Positions 47,015 through 56,505 of a stretch of 64,000 bases of DNA are shown here, in pieces. The first letter of the stretch is position 1, and every line of letters begins with the position of its first letter. The position numbers and the translations under genes were made by a program. The notes beneath the pieces were generated by a model. That model searched no databases, had not been told where the DNA came from, and saw only the letters and a list, made by a program, of their open reading frames with translations. The DNA is from Scenedesmus sp. PABB004 (taxonomy: Eukaryota), in the NCBI GenBank assembly GCA_014905635.1, contig JABVCE010000012.1, positions 434,001 through 498,000 on the forward strand, in the 5' to 3' direction.

Positions 47015-47995
47015 ATGGCCTCGCTGATAGAGCATTCGCTCAGCTGTCTGACGCTGGAGGGCGCACCGAGGTGCGTGTGCTGCTGATGTTGACGCCCCTA
47101 GCCGGCACCCCTGGCTGTTTTGAGCCTGGGCGCGCGGCACTGGCGACGAGGCGAGGTGTTGCCCCATGGCTGCTGCTGCCTGGCGCTGCACGTGCTGCCC
47201 GCAAGCCACCGCCGCCGGCAGCAGGCGCCGCCTGACCGCTCGCCCTGCCCGCCCTGCTCGCCCCGCACGCCCGCCGCGCCCGCCCGCGCCGCCAGCAGCC
47301 CGCTGCCAGAGCTGCCCGAGCCGCTCGTGCTGCACGTCCTGAGCTTCCTGCCACCGGCCCTGCAGGCGTGGGCTGCCAAGCTGGTCTGCAGGGTGGCGCG
47401 TGAGCGCTTCCGTGGCGCCACGGTCGTCTCGCTGCGCTGCCCCGAGCTGCCGCTGGCGGCGGTGCAGGAGGCCTGGCGGGCGGTGGGGATTGATGAGGAG
47501 CAGCAGCGCCAGCTGTCAGCGGCGCGCGCGGCATCCGCCGACGTGGCGGGGCTGGCCTGGCTGCGCGGCGCCGGCTGCGACATGTGGGCCGCATGCTCGG
47601 CAGCAGCGGAGCACGGCCACCTCGCCGTGCTGGAGTGGGCGCGCGACCAGGGGCTCGACCCAGGGGACGTGTGCTGGGCAGCAGCTCAGGGCGGGCGGCT
47701 GGATGTGCTGCGCTGGGCGCGCGCGCAGGCGCCGCCGCTGCCGTGGGGCGACAACGTGTGCTCCTGGGCTGCGCAGCACGGCGACCTGGAGATGCTGCGC
47801 TGGGCGCGCGCCCAGGCCGAGCCCGCGCCGTGGGACCGGGACGTGTGCTGGCGGGCGGCTGAGTACGGGCAGCTGGAGGCGCTGCGCTGGCTGCGCGCAA
47901 ACGGCTGCCCCTGGTGGCGCGGCGAGTGCGAGTTCCTGGCAGCCAGCAACAGCCACCAGGCCGTGGTCGTGTGGATCCGGGCACAGCCTGAGTGA
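47015..47995 (+). CDS. F-box-like/ankyrin-like repeat protein, cassette I (intact, alternative exon 1)
   Basis: Exons 47015-47070 (MASLIEHSLSCLTLEGAP) and 47296-47995. Confidence 0.8.
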
Positions 47996-48626
47996 GCTGG
48001 CGTCGGCTTTGGCGGCGCGTGGCGAGGGAGAGGGAGAGGGAAGTTGGCGGCGGGGCAGCGCGCTGGCAACCGGCACAGCCCAATTGAGTCGCCGTCGGCT
48101 TCTGCCGCGACCGGCGGTACGGGCCCAGGGCGCAGGCGTGGGGCACGTGCCGCCCGTTGCATCGCGGCTGTTGCACTGCAGGCGAGAAAGCAGTGCAGTG
48201 CCGTGGCGGCGCCGGGTCGCATGTCGGCGCGCTGAGGGCCCGCCGTCGAAAAACAGCGCGCGCCGCTGCGGGGGCCATCACTGGACGACCCCCCTCTCCG
48301 TCGCCCCTCGCTCCCTCGCCGCCCGGTGGAACGCCGGCCCGCGCGCCGTGCGCGGCGCCGCCCCTCCCCCAACACAACGTGCGCGCGGCGCGCGCCGCCG
48401 CCGCGCTGCCCCTCTGCGGGGCTGCCGCGCGGCGGCACGGCGGCAGCAGGGGCCGCCGCTGCGGCCGCTCGCGCGCCGCTCGCTCGCGCCGTGGCGGGCC
48501 ACGCGGCGGCCTCACCCAACGGGCGGCCGCATCATCAGGTCTCTTCATCAGGAGGCCTCATCCGCAGGCCTGATCAGGCCTCATATCCATCAGGGGGGCC
48601 CCATCAGGCCTCACCAGGCGGCCCCA

Positions 48627-51192
48627 TCAGGCCGCGGGCTTGCGGGCAAGGAAGAAGAACAGCGGCGTGAAGGTGCCTGGCGCGCGGCGGGCGCAGCGCG
48701 CGGCGCGGCGCACCGGCGTGAGCAGCGCGGCGGCCCGTGCGCCGCCCGCGGCAGCGGCGGCGCGGCCACGGCGCGCGCGGGGCGGGGCGGCCCGCCGCGC
48801 CGCCGCGCCGCCGCACCGGTCTTGCCGCCGGCGACGAGGCCGTCCGCCGCGCGCTCGAGCATGCTCGCGACCTCGAGGCTGCCCTTGGGCGCGAGGCCGA
48901 GGCGCTCCAGCGCCTTGACCATCACGTGCGTCACCCGCCGGCCCAGCTTGGTCGTGCGGAAGTCTGGCGGGCACAGGGAGGGCGGCGGGCGGCGCGCGCG
49001 GCGCGGCGGCACGTCGGCCGGCGCGGGTGCGGCAGCGCGGCGGCTCGCCGCCGGCGCGGCGGCCGCTTCGCGCGGCGGCGGCGGGCACGGTGGCTCGCGC
49101 GGCGCCCGGCCTCACTCTGCAGCCGCGTCCAGTTGTCGGGGTCGACCGGGTCCCACCAGGGGATGTCGGCGGTCGTCGCGAGGTCGCAGCTGTCCAGCAG
49201 CTCAAAGCCCGCCGCCTTCAGCGCCTCCAGCGTCTGCGCCGTCGTCCTGCGGCGGCGCGCCCGCGGCGTCGGCGGCGCGGGTCGCTCGGCGGCGCGCCCC
49301 TGCCGCCGCGCCCGCCACCCGCGCCCCGCCCCCCGCTGCAGGCCGCCCGTCCGCCTCTCACCCTCCCCGCCTCGCGCACCCCCCCCCCTCCCTACCCCCT
49401 GCAGCTGCTTCCTCTGTCCCCCGCACACGCGACCACAACACTACTCCACCACACCACTACTCCGCACGCACCGCACGTCGGGCAGGCCGTTGCCGAGCTC
49501 AATCTCGGCCATAATGCTCCGGTGCGCCGCGTTGCCCGGGTCGTACGCGTCCGTCGCGCACCACTCGTACCCGGCAAAGCACTGCCCCGGCTTGAGCACG
49601 CGCAGGATCTCCTTGTAGCACCCCACCTGCGCGCGCGCGCGTGAGCTTTGTGTGAGCTTTGTGTGTGAGTGTGAGTGTGTGTGTGTGTGAGTGTGAGTGT
49701 GTGTGTGTGTGTGGGGGGGGGGGACCAACGCGGCCGCGGCGCGCACCTGGTCGGGCGCGTGGCACGTCGCGTCGATCTGCGGCGACGCGCGGCGGCGGCG
49801 CGGGCGTCGGCGCGCCGCCGCTGCGCACGCTCCCGCGCGCGCTCCCGCGCCGCAGCGCCCGCGCGGCGCCCGCGCCGCCGCCGCCGCCGCCGCCGCGCCG
49901 TGCCTGGTAGACTGCGTCGAAGCTCCCGTCCTCAAAGGGCATGGCCATGAAGTCGGCCTTGACAAACTTGGACAGCCCGTCGAGGCTGCGCCCCGTGCGG
50001 CCGTTGTGGTAGAGCGCGCGGCTGATCTGGTACGCGTTGTTGTTCACGCCTGGGCGGAGGCGGCGCGGCGGGGGGCGCGAGCCCGGTGCGGCGTGACGCG
50101 GCGGGGGCGTGGCGGGCGCGGCGGGCACCGGCCGGCGGCCGGCGGCCGCGGCGCGCGCTCGTGCAGCGCGCGCGCTCGTGCGGGGCACCGAACAGCTGCG
50201 GCGCGCCGCGCACCCGTGACGTGCGCGCCCGAGAACAGCGCGATCTCGCGCAGCGGCCCGCCGATGCCGCAGCCGACGTCGAGGCACGTGTCGCCTGGCG
50301 CACGACCGCGGCGCGACGCGGCGGCGGAGGGCGCGCGGCGGCGTCAGAGGCGGCGGCGGCGGCGGCGGCGGCGGCGCCGCCAGCTGCCGGCCCCGGCGCC
50401 GCGCCGCGCCGCTGCGGCCGGTGCGGCCAGCCCCACGGCGGCGGCGCCGCACCAGGCTTGAGGCCGAGGCGCAGCGCGAGGTAGTGCTCGTGGCGGCGGA
50501 TGCTCTCCACGTGGCTCTCGTGCTTCAGGCGGTGCGCAAAATGGAACGACGTGCCCCACCCTGCGCGCCGCACCCGCGCCGCCGCCGGCGCGGGGCGCGC
50601 GTGGGCCGCCGCACCTGCCGCCAGCGGCCGTGCGCGCTGTGCGAGCGCACGCCCCGGCTGCGCCGCCGCCGCGCTCACCGTACTCGTAGAAGCTCGTGGC
50701 CAGGTCGTAGTACTTGTTGACCATGTCGGCGTACTGCTTCTTGCGCGCCTCCACATCGCCGCCGTGCGTGGTGTGGTATTTCTGCGCGCGCGGGCGCGCG
50801 GCGGCAGCGGCGGCGGCACGGCGGGTGGCGCCGCTGCGCGCGGCGCGCCTGGCGAGCCCGGGGCTTGCGCGGCCCTCTGTCCTCGCCACGACGCGCTGCC
50901 GCTGGCCCCGTCCCGGCGGCGCGCCAGGCGCGTGGGCGACGCTGATGGCGCGGCGCGCCCTCCCCCCTCCATCGCCGCGCTGGCGCCGCCAGCGACCGCA
51001 GGCGCGGGCCGTCGTGGACGGCGCCGCTGCGGGCTGGGCGTATCGGCATCGCCGGGCGCCCCGCGGGGCCTGTGGCGCGCGAGCGGGTTGGGGCTGACCC
51101 GCGCGCACCTCGTAGGAGTCGATGGAGTCGGCGATTCTGTCAGCCGACTGGCTGCTGATGTTGGGCGTGAGCATGGCCGCCGGCGTCGTCAT
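48627..51192 (-). CDS. SMT1: Sterol C24-methyltransferase (cycloartenol SMT / ERG6 family)
   Basis: [94 protein letters not shown]. Multi-exon. Confidence 0.95.
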
Positions 51193-51660
51193 GGCGGCGC
51201 GCGGGCGCGCGGTGCGCGCGGTGCTGATGGCGCGCGGCGGCCAGGCGCGGCCTGGTGCACTGGACGCCGGGGGCGCGGCGTCGCTGGGAGCAGTGAAGGG
51301 AGAGCTCGTGTGCTGGCGCGCGGGCGCCGAGGAGGCGCAGCAGCGCGAGCGCGCCGCGCGCTGCGGGGGCGTCGCGAGCACCGCTGAAGCCCGGCGGTTG
51401 CCGCCGCGCGGCGCGGCGCGGTCCTTCGTAGCAAGGCTGCTGGCGCCGAGTCAGACTGCGCCCGGGACTCACGCGCCCACGGTGCCGTGGCCGTCGCCCC
51501 CCGTCTTGCCAGCGGACGCCGCCGCCGCGCGAGCAGCGAGCGCGCAGCGATTTGAAAGGAGAGCTGCGACGGGGCAGCGTCGCAGGCCGAGCTAGGGCGC
51601 ATTTCGTGCGCTGGGACCGCAGGCAGTCGCGCCAGCGCACGAGCAACACAGCGGCACACC

Positions 51661-52941
51661 ATGGCGACGCAGCAGCAGCAGCCCGACGGCGCGGCGGCGG
51701 CTGCGCTGCTGGTCGCGGCGGCAGAGGCGCACGTGCGCGCCGCGCTCGCCGGGCACGACGACAGCCACGGCTGGAGCCACATCGCGCGCGTGCGGGCCAT
51801 GGCGCTGCGGCTGGCGCGCGAGGAGCAGCTGGAGGGCGGCGCGCTGCTCGCGGTCGAGCTGGCGGCGCTGCTCCACGACCTCAGTGACTACAAGTGCGCG
51901 CCGCCGCCGCCGCCCTGCCGCACGCCGCGCCGCCGCCCTGCCGCACGCCGCGCCGCCGCGCCGCGCCACACTCTCGCGCCACACTCACGCCCCGCCGCGC
52001 CGCGCCGCGCCCAGGTATGGCGGCAGCGACGAGCAGGCCGCGGCGGGCATCGAGGCACGCCGCGCCGCGCCGCGCCCGTGCGCCGCTGGCGCCGCCGGTG
52101 CCGCCTGTGCCGCCTGTGCAGTCGGCGCGGCGCGCGCTCACCGTGCCGCCGTAAACCACCGCCGCTGCCGCGGGCGCGCCGCAGGAGTTTCTCGGGGCCC
52201 AGCACGGCCAGCCGGAGCTCGCGCAGCGCGTCGTCGCGATCGTGCGGCGCGTGGGGTTCAAGGACGAGCTGCCGGGCGGCGGCGCCGCGCCGGGCGGCGG
52301 CGCGCCGCCGCCGCTCAGCGCCGAGGCGGCGGTGGTGCAGGACGCCGACAGGCGCGGCGCGGCGGCTGCCGCGGGCGCTGCGGGCCCCCGCGGCGACTGC
52401 GCGCGGCCGCGCTCCGCCCTCCCCGCGTCGCAGCCCGCCCGCCCGCCGCCCGCGCCCGCCCGCGCCCCGCGCCCCAGGCTCGATGCGATTGGCGCGGTCG
52501 GCATCGCGCGCTGCTTCACGTTTGGCGGCGCGCGCGGCGCGCTGCTGCACGACCCCGCGCTGCCGCCGCGCGTGGGGCTGACCAAGGCGCAGTACATGGC
52601 CGGCGGGCAGCAGGCGACCACGATCAACCACTTTTATGAGAAGCTGCTGACCATCAAGGCGCGACACGAGCGCGCGCGGGCGCCGCGAGGGCGCCGGCGC
52701 CGCGGCGCCGCAGCTGGGCAGGGATGGCAGGGCGCGGCGCTGGGCAGGCCGGCGGGGCCCGCGCCGACGCCGCCGCGCCCACGGCGACGCCGCGCCGCCG
52801 CCGTCCGCGCCGCGCGCCGCGCTTTGCCACGGCCAGGGCCTGATGAAGACCGCGGCGGGGCGTCGCGTGGCGGAGGCGCGGCACGCGGTCATGGTGGCCT
52901 TTCTGGACCAGTTCCACGCCGAGTGGGAGGGCCGCGCCTGA
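51661..52941 (+). CDS. HD-domain metal-dependent phosphohydrolase (YedJ/YpgQ-like)
   Basis: DDSHGWSHIARV, LAALLHDLSDYKY, VVQDADRLDAIGAVGIARCF, TINHFYEKLL, MKTAAGRRVAEARH..M..FL..F..EW. Five exons. Confidence 0.92.
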
Positions 52942-52962
52942 CCTCTGGCCGGGTTAAGGGGC

Positions 52963-53220
52963 GGGCTGACCCGCGCGCACCTCGTAGGAGTCGATGGAGT
53001 CGGCGATTCTGTCAGCCGACTGGCTGCTGATGTTGGGCGTGAGCATGGCCGCCGGCGTCGTCATGGCGGCGCGGGGGCGCGCGGTGGGCGCGGTGCTGAT
53101 GGCGCGCGGCGGCCAGGCGCGCTGGTGCACTGGACGCCGGGGGCGCGGCGTCGCTGAGAGTGGTGCGGGGGAGCGGGGGCGCTGGCGCGCGGGCGCCGAA
53201 AAGGCGCAGCAGCGCGAGGG
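52963..53220 (-). repeat. Direct duplicate of sterol methyltransferase exon 1 with its donor site and 5' flank (copy of about 51091-51350)
   Basis: The coding part MTTPAAMLTPNISSQSADRIADSIDSYE and the GT donor are identical (53064-52981 versus 51192-51109). The upstream flank has diverged. Confidence 0.9.
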
Positions 53221-53296
53221 GCGGGCCGCGAGGGGCTGTGGAGCGGGGAGGGCGGGCCCCCCGCGGCCGCAGCTGTCCTTTCAAATCACGTCGAGT

Positions 53297-54306
53297 TCAA
53301 AAATCAAACAAATAATCAAGTCCAGGGCCGTCGTCTGCCGCCGCGGGCTGCGCCCGGATCCACGCGACCACGACCTCGTGCCCGCTGCGTGCCGCCGCGT
53401 ACTCGCACTCGCCGCGCCACCACGGGCAGCCGTTGGCGCGCAGCCAGCGCAGCGCCTCCAGGTGCCCGTGCGCTGCCGCCCCCCTGCACGCGCTCTTGCC
53501 CCACGGCGCGGGCTCGGCCTGGGCGCGCGCCCAGCGCAGCATCTCCAGGTCGCCGCGCTGAGCAGCGTAGTAGCAAACCCCATAATCTGAGCCACCCCAC
53601 GTCAGCGGCGGCGCCTGCGCGCGCGCCCAGCGCAGCACACCCAGCTGGCCGACCATGGATGCGTCCTCGCACACGCGCTCCAGGTCCAGCCCCTGGTCGC
53701 GCGCCCACTCCAGCACGGCGAGCTGGCCGTGCTCCGCTGCAGCGTAGCACACGCCGCCCATGCCGCAGCCGGCGCCGCGCAGCCAGGCCAGCCCCGCCAC
53801 GTCGCCGCACGCGCCGCGCGCGCTGGCCAGCCGCAGCTGCTGCCAGGTTGCCCCGTGTCGCGCCGCCCACCAGGCCTCCTGGACCGCCGCGAGCGGCAGC
53901 TCGGGGCAGCGCACCGAGACGACCGTGGCGCCGCGGAAGCGCTCGCGCGCGGCCTTGCAGACCAGCCTGGCGGCCCACGCCTGCAGGGCCGGCGGCAGGA
54001 AGCTCAGGACGTGGAGCACGAGGGGCTCGGGCAGCTCCGGCAGCAGGGCGCTGGCTCGGCGGGGCGGGCGGGGCGGCGGGGCGGGCGGCGAGCGGTCAGG
54101 CGGCGCTGCTGCCGGCGGTGGCGGCTTGTGGGCAGCGCATGCGGCGCCAGGCAGAAGCAGCAGCCAGCGGGCACCAGCAGCAGCCAGCGGACCCACCTCG
54201 GCGCCGCCTCCGCGCAGCCGGGCGCGTCGCCTGCGGCGGCTCCGGCCGCGGCGCGCGCGCGCGTGGTCGGCCCGGCGCGCCGCTTGCCCGCCGGCGCAGC
54301 AGACAT
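53297..54306 (-). CDS. F-box-like/ankyrin-like repeat protein, cassette J (intact); cassette extends to about 54883
   Basis: Exons 54306-54197 and 54050-53297; tail DDGPGLDYLFDF*. Boundary motif at 54857-54883. Confidence 0.8.
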
Positions 54307-54910
54307 GGTGCAGCCTGACAGCCTGTGGGCCACCAGGGAGCAGCAGGCGGGGCACCGGCAGCAGCGGCGAGCGCGCGGGCGGCGTGAGCGTGGCAGCAGC
54401 AGCGGGCGGCGCGCGTCCCCGCCCCAGCGTGTCCGCGCGGCGGCGGGCCTGCCAGCGGCGCCCGGGGCACGCAGGCCCGGGTGATCACCCAACACGCCCG
54501 CCCGCTGCGCACCGCCGGTGCCCGCGCCGCCCGCAGCGGGCGCCGCGCAGCGCGGCCCGCCCGCTGGCGCTGCCCTCCCTGCCTGCCCGCGCGCACGGCT
54601 CGCCTGGCGCTGCTCGCGGCGGCACGGCCTGGTCACCAGGCGCCCGCAGGTCCGTGCCCCGCCTGGCCAGGGGCGCGCCACGGGCGGGGACGGGCGCTGC
54701 GCGGCGGCGGCGCGGTGCGTGCGGCCGCTGTGGGCGGCCTGCCGGCGCTTGTGTGCGTGTGTGGCAGGGGCGTTGAGGGCGGCGGCTGTGGGCGGCGGGG
54801 CGGCGCGCGCGCAGGGGGCCTCCTCGGCGGCGGCGCGGGCAGCCGGCCGGGCGCAGCGCCTGCGCCCTGCGCCCTGCACCGCCCGCCCGCCCGCTGCCGA
54901 GCTGCACAGC

Positions 54911-54915
54911 TTACA
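54911..54915 (-). terminator. Candidate chlorophyte polyadenylation signal TGTAA for the calmodulin-like gene
   Basis: TTACA on the + strand, about 270 bp downstream of the CML stop. UGUAA is the known Chlamydomonas-type signal. Confidence 0.45.
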
Positions 54916-55184
54916 CCCGGGCGCCGCGGCGCCAATCAAATGCAGTCCTGGGCCGCTCCCTCCGGGCGCGCGCTGCGTGTCTCAACAGCGCCGCCGCGAG
55001 CCGCGAGCCGCCGCCGCGCCGCAGCCGGGCCGCGGGGGCGCCCAGCGCCAGGCCTGATGTACACCGCCGCCCACCCGCGCCCGCGCCCGCGCTGGCGCGC
55101 CCCGCCGCGCCCTGCACCTGCAGCGCGCCGCCGCCCGCGCGCGGCGCGTCGCTCCGTGTTCGCCGGCCGCGCGTTGCGGGCTCT

Positions 55185-56074
55185 TCACTTTGCGAGCAGC
55201 ATGCGCACAAACTCCTCGTACTGGATCTTGCCGTCCGCGTCGGGGTCGGCCTCCTTGATCATGTCCTCCATCTCCTGCAGGGCCGGGCAGGGCAGGGCCG
55301 GGCGGCGGCGGCACGCGGCGCGGCGCTCGGCATGCTGGGGTTCAGGATGCGGGCGGCGGCGGCGGGCGGCGGCGGGCGCGCGGGCGCGCCCGCCGGGGCG
55401 GCGCGGCGGCGCACCGGCGCGCTGAGCTTCTCGCCGATGTTGGTGAGCACGTGGCGCAGCTCCTTGGCCTCGATCCAGCCGCGCTGGTCCTTGTCAAACA
55501 CCTGCGCGGCGCGGCGCGGCGCGGCGGCGGTCGCGGCGGCCGCTGCGGCGCGCCCGCGCTGCCGCCCGCGCCGCGCCGCGCCGCGCGCGCCTTCCAGGCG
55601 TTGCGGATGTCGCTCTCCGAGTCGTAGCTGCGGATGTCACGGGCCATGACGCCGAGGAACTCTGCGGCACCCGATTGGGGGCGAGCGCAGCAGCGGCGCC
55701 GCCGCGGCGTCGGCGGCCACCGATGCGGGCCGCGTCGCCGCCGCGGCGCGGCGCGCATCGCCCTGCATCGCCCCCGACCGCGCCCGGCGGCCGGGCGCCG
55801 GGCCGCGGCACGGCGGCGCCCCGGCGGCCCCAACTGCCGGGGGTTGGCCCGCGCCGCCGCCGGCGCGGCGCGCACCCTGCAGGTTGACCACGCCGCGGCC
55901 GTCGGGGTCGATCTCCTTGACCAGGCCCGTCACCTCCGCCTCGGTGGGGTTCTTGCCGAGCGCCCGCATGACCGTGCCGAGCTCGCCGGTGGTGATGCAG
56001 CCGTCGTTGTCCTTGTCGAACAGCGCGAACGCCTCCTTGGCCTCCGCCGTCGCGGCGTCGGTGAGCGGCGCCAT
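55185..56074 (-). CDS. Calmodulin-like EF-hand protein
   Basis: [34 protein letters not shown]...[26 protein letters not shown]...[19 protein letters not shown]. Four exons; diverged from canonical calmodulin. Confidence 0.92.
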
Positions 56075-56505
56075 CTCGCGGGGCGCAGAGATCGGGGAGC
56101 GGCGGGCTGAGGTGCGTGCGAGAAGGGCCTGCTGCTGCTGGCAGCGCGCGGGCTGCTGGCGGTGGCGAGTGGATCGAGACGAGCGGGCGGTCGTGAGATC
56201 AGGCGCGTGGGCGGGGCGAGTGCGGGGCGTCGAGCAGCCGAAACATTCGAAGCGCAAAGACCCGGGCGCTTGCGCTCCCGCGCTCGGCGACCGCGGCCTG
56301 TGGCTTCCACGTCAAAACGCAGACAGCGGCCCGCCCGGCGCCGGCCCCGAGCCCTCGCGCCCAGCAGCAGCGGCGCCGCGCGGCAGCGGCGCAGCGCGCT
56401 CAGCAGCGGCGGCCGGCCGGCCCCCCTCCGGCCGCGCCACCGCGCGCTGGGCGGGGGCGCATGTGCTAGACTCCGGCTGCGATCGCACAGGGCGGGGGCG
56501 CCAGG

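Larger units (their letters stand above)
44567..48138 (+). mobile_element. Tandem pair of cassettes H and I bounded by ~33-bp direct repeats
   Basis: GCGACCGGCGGTGCAGGGCCCAGGGCGCAGGCG at 44567 and GCGACCGGCGGTAC-GGGCCCAGGGCGCAGGCG at 48107, with an internal motif at about 46431. Confidence 0.6.

Noticed and set aside
3245..54883. Autonomous transposon or endogenous giant-virus segment
   Set aside because: No transposase, integrase, RT, Rep/helicase or viral hallmark gene recognised, and no clear TIRs, TG..CA ends or poly(A) tails. The cassettes have host-like GC content and spliceosomal introns.
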